Shown here: positions 1 to 10,305 of the stretch, one piece after another
Position numbering within the stretch: the first letter of the stretch is position 1
Layout: every line of letters starts with the position of its first letter
Origin: Terrimicrobiaceae bacterium
GTDB taxonomy: Bacteria > Verrucomicrobiota > Verrucomicrobiia > Chthoniobacterales > Terrimicrobiaceae
DNA: 64,000 nt
Direction: 5' to 3'
Assembly: GCA_041752695.1 (NCBI GenBank)
Contig: JBGSVZ010000101.1
Coordinates: 1 to 64,000 of the forward strand
Translations under genes and position numbers: made by a program
Notes under the pieces: model-generated
Database searches by the model: none
What the model was told of the DNA's origin: nothing
Seen by the model: the letters and a program-made list of their open reading frames with translations, nothing else

Positions 1-240
1 TGGCTGCTGGCGCTCGGCGTCACCGGTGTGGCGGCGGTGGTCGCGGCTTCGCCGATCGGATTTGCCGGGCCGGTGGCGTCCGTACTTGGCGCGGTATTGC
101 TGGCTTCGGGCTTTGTTGGAGTGAGATTCCTGCGCAGACCACGCAGCGGCAAGGCCTTCGAGATGCTGGCGGGGGTGTGGACGTTGGGCCTCTATCTTAT
201 GCTGGGCGTGGTGCCGTTGGTGTGGAAGATGTTTTTATGA
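1..240 (+). CDS. C-terminal part of a membrane protein, probably UbiA prenyltransferase family (5'-truncated by the window)
   Basis: Open frame from base 1 (WLLALGVTG...WTLGLYLMLG...KMFL*) with hydrophobic helices; its stop overlaps the next ATG (ATGA 237-240). The UbiA call rests mainly on operon context. Confidence 0.55.
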   Translation, partial: WLLALGVTGVAAVVAASPIGFAGPVASVLGAVLLASGFVGVRFLRRPRSGKAFEMLAGVWTLGLYLMLGVVPLVWKMFL

Positions 241-2699
241 AGGCGGTTGTGGGATGGCGGGACGAGGATTTCGAGAACCTGCCGGTGGGTGCAAAAGCTC
301 GCGCGCTTGGTGCGCTGGCTCGCGCGGATTTTCTCGTGCCGCCGTGGGTGGTGGTATTGCCCGGGGCCAATGAGATCGAGATCGAGGAGTTCCTCGACCA
401 GACCGGCGGGCCGTGGGCGGTGCGGTCTTCAGCGGTGGATGAGGACGGACAGGCCCATTCCTTCGCGGGACAGCTCGAAAGCCATCTCAATGTCACGCGG
501 GGGGATCTGTTGGAAAAAATCGGCGCAGTGCGGAAGTCGGGATTTAGTGAGCGGATAGTAATGTATCGCCGGCAGGCGGGGCTCTCTCTGCCACCGCCGA
601 TGCCAGCAGTGATCATTCAGCAGATGGTGCCGGCCGAGACGGCGGGCGTGGCGTTCAGCGCGGACCCGGTATCGGGCCGGCGCTCGATCGCGGTGGTGGC
701 AGCAGTGCGTGGGCTGGGGGAGGCCTTGGTCTCGGGGGAAAAAACGGGCGACAGTTTTCAGGTGGATCGCGCCGGGTCCATCGTGCATCGCGCGGTCGCC
801 GAGGTCACGCTCACCGATGGGCAGGTACAGGAAGTCGCCGCCCTGGCACGCCGGACGGCACGGTATTTTGGCCGACCCCAGGACATCGAGTGGGCCCGGG
901 CGGATGACACTTTGTACTTGCTGCAATCCCGTCCCATCACCTCGCTGGCGCAGCAGGCCGACCCGGACGGGGCCTGGCAACTCTGGGACAATAGCAACAT
1001 TGCCGAAAGCTACAACGGCATCACCACGCCGCTGACGTTCAGCTTTGCACGGCATGTTTATGAGGAGGTGTACCGGCAGTTCGTGAAAATCCTGCGTGTG
1101 CCGGAGAGGCGGATCGAGGCGAGCCGTGACGTCTTTGGCCGCATGCTCGGGCTGGTGCGCGGACAGGTTTTTTACAACATGCTGAGCTGGTATCGCGTGC
1201 TGGCCATGCTGCCGGGGTTTGCGGTGAACCGGCGTTTTATGGAGCAAATGATGGGCGTAAAAGAAAGCCTGCCCGAAGAAGCTCTGGCTGGCATCGTGGA
1301 GGCGCCGCGGCGGGTGACTCTCAGGGACTACGGCGAGATCGCCTGCACTGTTGGCGGGTTGTTGCTCAATCATTGGCTGCTCCCGAAAAAAAATCGCGCG
1401 TTTTACATCCGGTTGGATGAAGCCCTGCAACTTAACGGCCTGGTCCTCGAAGACATGCGGCCCGACGAACTCGCGGCTGCTTATCGTCGCCTGCAAAACC
1501 AACTGCTCACCCGCTGGGACGCGCCGCTCATCAATGACTTTTTTGCGATGATCTACTTCGGCGTTTCCCGCAAGCTGGTCCACGCCTGGTGCAGTGACCC
1601 CGACGGCACCTTGCAAAACGATTTGATCTCCTGCCAGGGCGGAATCATCAGCGCCGAACCTGCGCGGCGTATGCTAAGGCTTGCGGAGTTGGTGCGCCCG
1701 AACGCCGCGCTGCGGACCGTGCTGGAAACCGGGACGCTGGGCGACATCGAGGCGGCTCTGGGGGAGAATGCGGAATTCGGCAAGGAATACCGCGCCTACG
1801 TTGAAAAATTTGGCGACCGCTGTCTCGAGGAACTGAAGCTGGAGAGTGCGACCCTGCACGATGATCCCTTGATGTTGCTGCGTTCCGTGGCGCGGCTCTC
1901 GGCACGGCCCATCCTGCCCGGGGTAAACGCCGAGGCCGTTGGCGAGGCGGCGGAGGACCGCGTGGACAAAGCGCTGGAAGGCCGCCCGCTGCGGAAAGCG
2001 CTTTTTCGGTTTGTCATCAACCAGACCCGGGACCGGGTGCGGGATCGCGAGAACTTGCGCTTCGAACGCACGCGGGTGTTCGGGCGGGTCCGGCGGATTT
2101 TTGTCGAACTCGGCAAACGCCTGCATGCCATGGACGTGCTCGATGACCCGCGGGATGTTTTCTATTTGCAGGCGGAAGAGGTGCTGGGGTTTGTGGAGGG
2201 CGCGGCGGTGACTCTTGGTTTGCGGGAACTGGCGCGCCTGCGCCGTGAGGAATTTTCCGGTTTTGCGGAGGACCCGCCCGATGGTCGTTTTGAGACGCGG
2301 GGTGTGGTGTATGCCGGCAACCTCTTCCGATCGAGCTCCGCGGCGGTCGCCTCCCAAGGTGAAGAACGCAAGGGCATCGGCTGCTGTCCCGGGATAGTGA
2401 AAGGCCGCGCGCGGGTAATCCTCGACCCTCGCCACGCTGTGATCGAATCTGGTGAGATTCTTGTCGCGCCGCGCACGGATCCGGGCTGGATCATGTTGTT
2501 TCCCTCCGCGGCGGGGCTCCTTGTCGAGCACGGCAGCCTGCTATCGCATTCGGCCATCGTGGCGCGTGAAATGGGGATTCCCGCGGTGGTGTCCGTCCAA
2601 GGTCTGACCGGCTGGCTGCGCACTGGGGATTGGGTGGAACTCAACGGCAGCACGGGCCGAGTGACGCGCCTGCCAGAGGAGGAAAATCATGCCCAGTGA
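237..2699 (+). CDS. PEP-utilising enzyme, rifampin phosphotransferase/PPDK-like architecture (ATP-grasp, substrate domain, C-terminal His swivel)
   Basis: GAKA, AVRSSAVDED...SFAGQ, QDIEW, LLQSRPIT and the phospho-His motif GSLLSHSAIVAREMGIP; start placed at the ATGA overlap at 237. Confidence 0.9.
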   Translation: MKAVVGWRDEDFENLPVGAKARALGALARADFLVPPWVVVLPGANEIEIEEFLDQTGGPWAVRSSAVDEDGQAHSFAGQLESHLNVTRGDLLEKIGAVRKSGFSERIVMYRRQAGLSLPPPMPAVIIQQMVPAETAGVAFSADPVSGRRSIAVVAAVRGLGEALVSGEKTGDSFQVDRAGSIVHRAVAEVTLTDGQVQEVAALARRTARYFGRPQDIEWARADDTLYLLQSRPITSLAQQADPDGAWQLWDNSNIAESYNGITTPLTFSFARHVYEEVYRQFVKILRVPERRIEASRDVFGRMLGLVRGQVFYNMLSWYRVLAMLPGFAVNRRFMEQMMGVKESLPEEALAGIVEAPRRVTLRDYGEIACTVGGLLLNHWLLPKKNRAFYIRLDEALQLNGLVLEDMRPDELAAAYRRLQNQLLTRWDAPLINDFFAMIYFGVSRKLVHAWCSDPDGTLQNDLISCQGGIISAEPARRMLRLAELVRPNAALRTVLETGTLGDIEAALGENAEFGKEYRAYVEKFGDRCLEELKLESATLHDDPLMLLRSVARLSARPILPGVNAEAVGEAAEDRVDKALEGRPLRKALFRFVINQTRDRVRDRENLRFERTRVFGRVRRIFVELGKRLHAMDVLDDPRDVFYLQAEEVLGFVEGAAVTLGLRELARLRREEFSGFAEDPPDGRFETRGVVYAGNLFRSSSAAVASQGEERKGIGCCPGIVKGRARVILDPRHAVIESGEILVAPRTDPGWIMLFPSAAGLLVEHGSLLSHSAIVAREMGIPAVVSVQGLTGWLRTGDWVELNGSTGRVTRLPEEENHAQ

Positions 2700-3780
2700 A
2701 GCGGCCGCCAATGCAGACTTTTCGATCATCCGTTACGCGCAAGTCTGGGAAGATGCCGACATCCTGCTCGAGGCGCTGGATATCCAGCCCGATGACGAGT
2801 GTCTCTCCATCGCCTCGGCGGGTGACAACGCATTGGCCATGCTGGCCAGGGGCCCCCGCAAGGTCGTCGCATTGGATCTCAACCCCTCCCAGATTGCCTG
2901 TCTGGAAGTGCGTGTCGCCGCTTTTCGTCGGCTGGATTATCAGGAAATCTTGGAACTGGTCGGCTCGATTCCCAGTGAGCGCCGTGGGAAACTTTACCAA
3001 GCCGTGAGGGGTTCTCTCTCGCCGGAAACCCGAGAATTTTGGGACGCGCGGCCGGGGGACATTGGAAAAGGAGTGGGGCAGGCCGGGAAGTTCGAAAACT
3101 ATTTCCGAATCTTCCGTGATCATGTGATGCCGCTGGTGCATTCACGCCGGACCATCCAGAGCCTGCTTGAGCCGCGGGATCTGGCCGATCGACGGCAAGT
3201 TTACCGCGAAACTTGGAACACCTGGCGGTGGCGGGTGCTTTTCCAGCTCTTCTTTTCGCGCACGGCGATGGGAGCGCTCGGGCGCGATCCGAGCTTTTTT
3301 CGGTACGTTGAGGGCAGCGTGGCGGAAAAAATTCTCGGGCGCACCAAACATGCGCTCACCGAACTCGATCCCCATGAGAATCCCTATCTGCAATGGATCC
3401 TGACCGGAGTCCACCAAACCGCGCTGCCATTTTATTTGCGGGAGGAAAACGTTCCGCTCATTCAGCAGAATCTTGACCGCTTGGAATGGCACCTTGCACC
3501 CCTGGAAGATTATCTTTCGAGGGCTACAGCGGGGAGTCTGAGCAAATTCAATCTGAGTGACATTTTCGAATACCTCTCCGAGGAAAACACGCAGACCCTG
3601 CTCGGACGCATCGCGAACGCTGCCCGTCCCGGTGCCCGGCTGGCCTATTGGAACATGCTGGCACCACGGCGGGCGACGGATGCGTCGCGCTTCCGGTCGC
3701 TGGATCAACTTGCCGCGCGCCTGTTTTTGCAGGACAAGGCGTTTTTCTACAGTGCCTTCGTGGTTGAGGAGGTGCGGTGA
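2689..3780 (+). CDS. DUF3419 / BtaA-like SAM-dependent 3-amino-3-carboxypropyl transferase family protein
   Basis: IRYAQVWEDADIL, SIASAGDNAL, LDLNPSQ, FNLSDIFEY and AYWN motifs. Confidence 0.85.
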   Translation: MPSEAAANADFSIIRYAQVWEDADILLEALDIQPDDECLSIASAGDNALAMLARGPRKVVALDLNPSQIACLEVRVAAFRRLDYQEILELVGSIPSERRGKLYQAVRGSLSPETREFWDARPGDIGKGVGQAGKFENYFRIFRDHVMPLVHSRRTIQSLLEPRDLADRRQVYRETWNTWRWRVLFQLFFSRTAMGALGRDPSFFRYVEGSVAEKILGRTKHALTELDPHENPYLQWILTGVHQTALPFYLREENVPLIQQNLDRLEWHLAPLEDYLSRATAGSLSKFNLSDIFEYLSEENTQTLLGRIANAARPGARLAYWNMLAPRRATDASRFRSLDQLAARLFLQDKAFFYSAFVVEEVR

Positions 3781-5084
3781 ATCCGTGGCTTGGCATCCTC
3801 AGCGTGCTGGTGGTGCTTGGCGCGCTGTTTGGGTTTATGCGAATCTTCCAGGGCGGCCTGCCCGCCGAGCTTTCGCGCAAAGGTGTGCATGTGGGCATGG
3901 GGCTGATCTGTCTCACGTTCCCGTGGATCTTCCACGAAGCGTGGCCGGTGATTGTGTTGGCGGTATTCGCCATCGGAGGGCTGGCCGCGGTTCGATTTGT
4001 CCCGTTACTGCGCCAAGGGGTTGGCGGCGTTCTGGGTGGGGTCGAACGCCAGTCGCTCGGGGAGTTTTATTTTCCGGCTGCGGTGGCTACGGTTTTTGTC
4101 CTCTCAGCGGGGGATGCGCTGCTTTATGGGATTTCCGTCCTGACCCTGACCGTTGCCGATACGGTGGGAGCGCTCATCGGGGTGCGTTACGGATTTAAGC
4201 AATACCGCACCGACGAAGGCCTGAAGAGCGCGGAAGGGTCCGTGGCGTTCTTCACTGCGGCGTTCCTGAGTGTGCATGTTCCGCTGTTGCTGTTCAGCGA
4301 AACCGGGAGGACGGAATGCCTCCTCATTGGTCTCACGGCAGGATTTGTCGTTATGTTGCTCGAGGCCATTGCCTGGCGCGGACAGGACAATCTGATCATT
4401 CCCATCGGGATGTATTTTTTGCTGAAATTTTATCTGCCGCTTGAGCCCTCGGCCCTGCTCACGCGCTTCGCCCTGGTGGCAGGGCTTGTGATCCTGGTCG
4501 TGCTGTGGAGGAAACGGACCACTTTGAGCGACAGCGCGATTCTGGCTGGGGCACTGGCGGGGTATGCGGTGTGGGCTTTCGGTGGTTGGTTTTGGTTGGC
4601 TCCACCCCTGCTGCTTTTTTTGGTGTATATTGGCCTGCCTTCGTTTCCGCAGGAGGGGCGTCCCATTCAAAACCTCCATGCCGTGACGAGGGTGATGGCG
4701 GGCGGCTTTTTCTGGATGTTGCTTGCTTACGCACTCCACGAAAATTTGTGGCTCCCGTATCTGCTTTGTCTGGCGGCGCACACAGGAAACATCGTCACCG
4801 CCAGGCTCCGGGTCGTCCGCGGCGAGTTGCCGATTCCCCGGGTGATCCTGGTGGCGTGGGTGGTGCCATCGGTCCTCTTCAGTCTGCTGGCGGCTGGTGG
4901 GGGGATGGCGGGGTTGATTCCGGCAACTGGCATCTGGTGGGTTCCTGTCGCCGTGGCCGTTTCGGTGGCACTTTTTGTTCCCTGCTGGCCGATCCTTCAC
5001 CGCCCGGGAGATCGCGTTCGAATTTGGTTTTCGGAGACGACCATCGCGGTTCTCGCGTCACTGTTGGGTTTGATCAGATTATGA
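3777..5084 (+). CDS. Phytol/dolichol kinase-like (CTP-dependent) polytopic membrane protein
   Basis: RKGVHVG, ADTVGALIG..YG, KSAEGS and DNLIIP motifs; many TM helices; GTGA overlap with the upstream gene. Confidence 0.8.
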   Translation: MNPWLGILSVLVVLGALFGFMRIFQGGLPAELSRKGVHVGMGLICLTFPWIFHEAWPVIVLAVFAIGGLAAVRFVPLLRQGVGGVLGGVERQSLGEFYFPAAVATVFVLSAGDALLYGISVLTLTVADTVGALIGVRYGFKQYRTDEGLKSAEGSVAFFTAAFLSVHVPLLLFSETGRTECLLIGLTAGFVVMLLEAIAWRGQDNLIIPIGMYFLLKFYLPLEPSALLTRFALVAGLVILVVLWRKRTTLSDSAILAGALAGYAVWAFGGWFWLAPPLLLFLVYIGLPSFPQEGRPIQNLHAVTRVMAGGFFWMLLAYALHENLWLPYLLCLAAHTGNIVTARLRVVRGELPIPRVILVAWVVPSVLFSLLAAGGGMAGLIPATGIWWVPVAVAVSVALFVPCWPILHRPGDRVRIWFSETTIAVLASLLGLIRL

Positions 5085-6037
5085 ACATTTTCCGGTTTCT
5101 TCCCGGGGAGGAAATTCCCGAATTCGATTCCGCAATGGTGGCGGCGCAACTTGCCGATGAACATTGCTGCCTTGCAGACGGTTCAGCGAGATGTTCCTTG
5201 TGGTGGTCCGTGGTGCCTTCTGTGCCCGATGAACGACTGGGGGTCATTGGACACTTTCAGGCTTCTTCTGCTCAGATGGGGGCGCTGGTTTTGGAGTACG
5301 CCCAACGCCGTTTGCGAGAACACGGCTGCACCCGGGCTGTTGGCCCGATGGATGGCAATACCTGGCGCCGATATCGCGTGCTTTCGGAACGCGGCGGTGA
5401 ACCGCCCTTCTATATGGAGCCCGACAATCCGGATTGGTGGCAGGCTGCATTTGTGGAGGCTGGGTTTTCCCCACTTGCGGAATATTCGTCGTCGCTGGTG
5501 TGCGACCTAAGTCGTCGCGACCCTCGAGCTTGCCGAGCTAGGGATCGTCTGGAGGCCGACGGCGTGACTGTTCGCAGCATTGATCCGTCGCGTTTCGAAG
5601 CGGATCTGCAAAGCATCTACGAAGTGTCAGTCGAGAGTTTCACCAGCAACTATCTATACACGCCTCTGCCGGAATCGGCCTTCATGGAGCAATACCTGCC
5701 GTATCGCGACAAGATCCGACCCGAGTTGGTTTTGCTCGCGGAGTGGGCGGGAGGCCCTGTTGGATACCTGTTTGCCATTCCCGACTATGCGGAGGCGATG
5801 CGCGGCGAACCTATCCAGACGGTCGTCGGAAAAACTCTCGCCGTGCGGCCAGGACGGCGCTTCGGCGGCCTGGGTCTGGTGTTGGTGGAACGGCTACACG
5901 AACAGACGCAGGAACTCGGATTTTCCCGGGTTATCCATGCGCTCCAACACGAGCAAAACGGTCGCGTGCGTAAACTCAGTGGATTTTTTGGAAACGTCAT
6001 GCGCCGATATGCTTTGTATTCCCGCCGTCTGGCATGA
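5081..6037 (+). CDS. GNAT-fold N-acyltransferase (tandem GNAT, YghO-like)
   Basis: GPMDGNTWRRYR, F.MEPDNP and KTLAVRPGRRFGGLG (acyl-CoA binding); start at ATGA 5081, not at 4505 as in the ORF track. Confidence 0.8.
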   Translation: MNIFRFLPGEEIPEFDSAMVAAQLADEHCCLADGSARCSLWWSVVPSVPDERLGVIGHFQASSAQMGALVLEYAQRRLREHGCTRAVGPMDGNTWRRYRVLSERGGEPPFYMEPDNPDWWQAAFVEAGFSPLAEYSSSLVCDLSRRDPRACRARDRLEADGVTVRSIDPSRFEADLQSIYEVSVESFTSNYLYTPLPESAFMEQYLPYRDKIRPELVLLAEWAGGPVGYLFAIPDYAEAMRGEPIQTVVGKTLAVRPGRRFGGLGLVLVERLHEQTQELGFSRVIHALQHEQNGRVRKLSGFFGNVMRRYALYSRRLA

Positions 6038-7563
6038 CCACAATTCCCGCCATCCTGCATGAAAATGCCGCGCTCTGGCCAGATCGCCCGGCTCTCATCG
6101 CCACGCGGGGAGGACGGGATATCTCGCTCTCTTTTGCGGTACTGGAATCTGCGGCGGCGGGTTTTGCGGCACGTTTGGTGATGAAGGGAATCCGGCGCGG
6201 AGATCCGGTCTTGGTGTTTGTTCCGATGTCGCTCGAGCTTTATGTTGCTTTGTTGGGACTTTTCCGGATCGGGGCGACTGCGGTATTCCTGGATCCTTCG
6301 TCAGGCCTCAGCCACATCAACGCCTGTTGCCAAGAACTGGCTCCCGCGGCGCTTATTAGTGTCTGGCCGTTGCGATGGTCGCGACCCTTCGTGAGCGGGC
6401 TGCGGAAGATTCCGCGCGTCTTTGCCCCGCCGCCTGCAGTCGTAGCACCAACCGCAACGCTGCCGGATGGGCCGGTCCCCGATGATCCCGCTTTGATCAC
6501 CTTCACCAGCGGCAGCACGGGAGAGCCGAAAGCGGCGGTGCGCTCGCACCGCTTTTTGATCGCACAGCATCGGGCTCTGGAATGTTCGATTCAACTCAGG
6601 CCCGGTGAGAGGGACCTGACAACACTCCCGGCATTTGTCCTCGCCAATCTGGCTTCCGGCGTTACGAGTATTCTGCCCGACGCCAAAATCAGTCGCCCGG
6701 GATCCGTCGATACCGGCAGGCTGGCGAGACAGATTGCACGCCTGCAGCCCTCGAGATCGGGAGGTTCGCCGGCATTTTATCAGAAGCTCGCAGAGGAGCC
6801 TGCGGCGCTCTCGGGTTTTCGCAGAATCTACACCGGCGGGGCCCCGGTTTTTCCATCCCTGCTACAAAAATTACGAGAGTTGATGCCTGACGGCGAAGTG
6901 GTCGCGGTCTATGGCTCGACGGAGGCTGAACCCATAGCGCACATTGCCTGCCGGGAGATCAGCCCCACAGATTGGACGGCCATGCAGGAGGGCCGCGGAT
7001 TGCTGGCGGGCATGCCGATTGAGGAGGTTCGTTTGCGGATTGTTCCCGACCAATGGGGAAAACCCGTGCAAAACGTAACGCAGGTGGCGGTGAATCAAGC
7101 GGGTGAAATCCTCGTCACTGGTGAACATGTGCTCAAAGGCTATTTGCATGGCCGGGGGGATGGTGAAACCAAAGTTGCTTTCGACGGAGATGTCTGGCAT
7201 CGCACGGGTGATGCAGGATATCAAGATGACCTTGGCAGGCTTTGGTTGCTTGGACGGTGCTCAGCCCGTGTTTGCGACAAGCGGGGAACTCTTTACCCCT
7301 TCGCGGTGGAATGTGTGGCAATGAGTTTTCCCTTCGTCAGGCGGGCAGCCTTTGTGGCCATCGAAGGCAGGCGTCTGCTTTGTGTGGAAGGGCACAAAGA
7401 ATTCTCGAGAGAGAACCTTGCCACTCTCCAAGGGCAGATGGACGGCCGTCTTTTCGACGAACTCCGGCCCCTTCGCCGCATCCCCGTCGATCTCCGGCAC
7501 AACGCAAAGATCAACTATCCGAAGCTGCTTGCCATGCTGGGAGAGGCCCAGAAAAAACTCTGA
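6034..7563 (+). CDS. AMP-binding acyl-CoA ligase-like enzyme (OleC-like)
   Basis: ITFTSGSTGEPK, YGSTEAEPI, WHRTGDAG and the OleC-type C-terminus PVDLRHNAKINY. Confidence 0.9.
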   Translation: MTTIPAILHENAALWPDRPALIATRGGRDISLSFAVLESAAAGFAARLVMKGIRRGDPVLVFVPMSLELYVALLGLFRIGATAVFLDPSSGLSHINACCQELAPAALISVWPLRWSRPFVSGLRKIPRVFAPPPAVVAPTATLPDGPVPDDPALITFTSGSTGEPKAAVRSHRFLIAQHRALECSIQLRPGERDLTTLPAFVLANLASGVTSILPDAKISRPGSVDTGRLARQIARLQPSRSGGSPAFYQKLAEEPAALSGFRRIYTGGAPVFPSLLQKLRELMPDGEVVAVYGSTEAEPIAHIACREISPTDWTAMQEGRGLLAGMPIEEVRLRIVPDQWGKPVQNVTQVAVNQAGEILVTGEHVLKGYLHGRGDGETKVAFDGDVWHRTGDAGYQDDLGRLWLLGRCSARVCDKRGTLYPFAVECVAMSFPFVRRAAFVAIEGRRLLCVEGHKEFSRENLATLQGQMDGRLFDELRPLRRIPVDLRHNAKINYPKLLAMLGEAQKKL

Positions 7564-7615
7564 CGGATTCGTTTCGGATCTTTGGAAAAATCGCCAACCA
7601 CTTTTTCATCTTCCC

Positions 7616-8752
7616 TTATTTTCGTGACCTTCGGAACTGGGACGGACTTGTGCCGGTCTGGATGCGGAAGGTCGTAGCGAACCGCTCGGCGTCGCCGAAC
7701 CCGCAGTTCTCCGCCACGCGGGAGATGGGAAGGTCTGTTGTCATTAACAGGGTGCGCGCCCGGTCGAGACGGAACCGGGTGAGAATCTCCCGCGGGGTGG
7801 CTTGGAGGAACTGAAGAAACCGTCGTTCAAGCGTGCGGCGGTTGAGTCGAAGGGTGTCGCAAAGAGTTTCGACCGTGATGGCTTTGTCAAAGTTGTCGCG
7901 CATGTGCTGGAGTGCTCGGCGCAGGGACGGGTCATCGACGGCCAACAGAGTGGTGGACTGCCTTTGCACGATTCCGCCCGGTGCGAAAAGGAGGGGCTTT
8001 TTCGGCGCACGGCCTCCTTTGCCAAGGACCTCAACCCACTTACCCGCCTCGGCTCCGATCCGGCTCCAGGGAATCGCAATACTGGAAAGCGGGGGGTTGC
8101 TCAGCGGGCAGACCATTTCGTCGTTGTTGGCGCCTATCACGGCCAGGTCTTCCGGAATGGATAGCTGCAACTCCCGCCCGGCTTCGCAGACCAGACGTCC
8201 CAAGGGGTCGTGCGCGGCGAAGATCCCCGCGGGTTTGGGCAGAGCCTTGAGCCAGTGGCAAAGGCTCGGTGAGGGATCCTGCCAGATTTCCAGATAGTGG
8301 CGGGTGCGGGGTTCCTTTTCGACGTGCACGGCGGCCTGCCTTCCGTCGACCCTCAGCCGAGCGGCGAACCCCCCAAGCCGTTGCTGAGAATAGGGGGTAT
8401 CAAGCCCCACAAAGCCAAAGCTGGCGTATCCCGCGCTGAGATAATACTCCGCCGCGATCGTCCCGATGGCCTGATCATCCACATCCAGACTTACCGTTCC
8501 CGGAAGGATATCGTCGGTGTCGGCAATGATCATCGGGTAGCCCATTTCCTGGAGTTGCAAGGTGGTTTTCGGAACCCACTCCGTCAGGATCACCGAGGGT
8601 TTGCTGGATTCCACGAGATGCCGGATGCGCGAGAAGGGATGATGGCTATCGATGATTCGAAACTCCGTACCCCTTCGGGCCATCAACGCCAGCGAGGAAG
8701 CAAGACGCCGGAGAAATGCCTCCGAAATGACGACCGCGACGGTGTTCTGCAT
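7616..8752 (-). CDS. xylR: XylR-type regulator (periplasmic-binding-protein-like sensor plus C-terminal AraC HTH)
   Basis: WLKALPKPAGIFAAHD, IPEDLAVIG, LSSI, RRTLERRF and CGF...F...F...G.SPSQFR; divergent from xylA. Confidence 0.85.
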   Translation of the reverse strand: MQNTVAVVISEAFLRRLASSLALMARRGTEFRIIDSHHPFSRIRHLVESSKPSVILTEWVPKTTLQLQEMGYPMIIADTDDILPGTVSLDVDDQAIGTIAAEYYLSAGYASFGFVGLDTPYSQQRLGGFAARLRVDGRQAAVHVEKEPRTRHYLEIWQDPSPSLCHWLKALPKPAGIFAAHDPLGRLVCEAGRELQLSIPEDLAVIGANNDEMVCPLSNPPLSSIAIPWSRIGAEAGKWVEVLGKGGRAPKKPLLFAPGGIVQRQSTTLLAVDDPSLRRALQHMRDNFDKAITVETLCDTLRLNRRTLERRFLQFLQATPREILTRFRLDRARTLLMTTDLPISRVAENCGFGDAERFATTFRIQTGTSPSQFRRSRK

Positions 8753-8775
8753 GGGCCAAGCGTAAGTCAGCGTGT

Positions 8776-8803
8776 CGCAAAACAACAGAGATAATCCGCA
8801 AAA
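8776..8803 (+). promoter_or_regulatory. Candidate XylR (AraC-family) operator: CGCAAAA direct repeat at 21-bp spacing
   Basis: CGCAAAA at 8776-8782 and 8797-8803 in the xylR/xylA divergent gap; 21-bp direct repeats are typical of AraC-family sites. Confidence 0.6.
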
Positions 8804-8896
8804 TGCGGTGGCGGGATCGGGCAGGTGAGGTTACCTATGATCAACCAGCCCCGGCCAGATCGGGCGGTGAACAACCCTCCACCTTTTTCCAAAATC

Positions 8897-10207
8897 ATGA
8901 GCGCATTCCCTGACATCTCCTCCATTCCATACGAAGGTCCTTCCTCGAAAAACCCTCTCGCTTTCAAGCATTACGATGGTACGGAACTGGTTGAGGGGAA
9001 GACGATGAAAGATCATCTGCGTTTTTCTGTCGTGTACTGGCACACGTTCCGTGGCACCGGATCGGATCCCTTTGGCGCGGGCACTATGCTCCGGCCATGG
9101 GACGATGGGTCTGCCTCCGTGGAGAACGCGCAAAATCGGGCGCGGGTGGCCTTTGAATTTGTCGAAAAACTGGGCGCACCGTATTACGCGTTTCATGACC
9201 GCGACGTGGCTCCCGAGGGAGCTACGCTGGCGGAGAGCAACCGCAATTTGGATGCGGTCGCCAAGGTTCTCAAGGAGGAACAGGAGCGCACGGGAATCAA
9301 GCTTCTCTGGGGCACGGCCTGCCTTTTCGCCAACCCGCGCTTTCTGCATGGGGCGGCGACGAGCCCGAATGCGGATGTCTTTGCCTATGCGGCCGCTCAG
9401 GTGAAAAAAGCCATGGAAGTCACCCACGAACTTGGTGGCGAAGGCTATACCTTCTGGGGCGGCCGGGAGGGATATCAAACCCTATGGAATACTGACATGA
9501 AACGGGAACTTGACCATCTGGCGAAGTTTCTTCACCTGGCGGTGGACTACAAAAAGCAGATCGGCTTCAAGGGACAGTTTTACATCGAACCCAAGCCGAA
9601 GGAACCGACCAAACATCAATACGATTCTGACGCCGCGGCCTGCCTGAATTTCCTCCGGGAATACGACCTGCTCGAACACTTTAAACTCAACCTTGAGGCC
9701 AACCACGCCACCCTCGCCGGACATAGCATGCACCATGAGTGCGAGGTTGCCGCCGCGGCGAATGCGCTGGGCAGCATCGACGCCAACGCAGGTGATGAGT
9801 TGCTCGGCTGGGACACCGACCAGTTCCCGACGAATCTTTACCTGACCACCTCCATTATGCTCACCGTGCTGAAAATGGGTGGACTCACCACGGGGGGGAT
9901 GAACTTCGATGCCAAGGTGCGCCGCGAGAGTTTTGAACCGGTGGATCTTTTCTATGCCCATATCGGAGGGATGGATGCCTTTGCCCGGGGATTGAAAGCG
10001 GCCGCGGCACTCCGTGCGGATGGCCGTCTTGGAGCCATCGTCAAAAACCGCTACGCGTCCTGGGACGCTGGTCTCGGCGCGTCCATCGAAGCGGGCAAAG
10101 AATCCTTTGCCTCCTTGGAAAAATACGCTCTCGGCCAGCCCGATCCCGTCCAGAAAACCAGCGGGCGACAGGAGTTGATCGAAAACATTATCAACGAGGT
10201 GCTGTAA
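8897..10207 (+). CDS. xylA: Xylose isomerase (class II)
   Basis: [48 protein letters not shown] and NFDAKVRR. Confidence 0.97.
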   Translation: MSAFPDISSIPYEGPSSKNPLAFKHYDGTELVEGKTMKDHLRFSVVYWHTFRGTGSDPFGAGTMLRPWDDGSASVENAQNRARVAFEFVEKLGAPYYAFHDRDVAPEGATLAESNRNLDAVAKVLKEEQERTGIKLLWGTACLFANPRFLHGAATSPNADVFAYAAAQVKKAMEVTHELGGEGYTFWGGREGYQTLWNTDMKRELDHLAKFLHLAVDYKKQIGFKGQFYIEPKPKEPTKHQYDSDAAACLNFLREYDLLEHFKLNLEANHATLAGHSMHHECEVAAAANALGSIDANAGDELLGWDTDQFPTNLYLTTSIMLTVLKMGGLTTGGMNFDAKVRRESFEPVDLFYAHIGGMDAFARGLKAAAALRADGRLGAIVKNRYASWDAGLGASIEAGKESFASLEKYALGQPDPVQKTSGRQELIENIINEVL

Positions 10208-10305
10208 AGGAGGCACGCTGATGGACGCGAGCTCCGAGCACTACTGGTAGATCCGGTCTTGCTTGAAAAGCCTCCGGAGTGCATATGTTTCCCGCCCCCC
10301 TTTCT

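Noticed and set aside
237..2699. ppsA or rifampin resistance gene symbol
   Set aside because: Domain order excludes PEP synthase, and the operon context argues against assigning rph without an assay.
4505..5080. N-terminal extensions in the ORF track (also 44518-45609, 49824-50747, 41819-42172, 39623-39823)
   Set aside because: They overlap other real genes; recognisable domains begin at the downstream starts used above.
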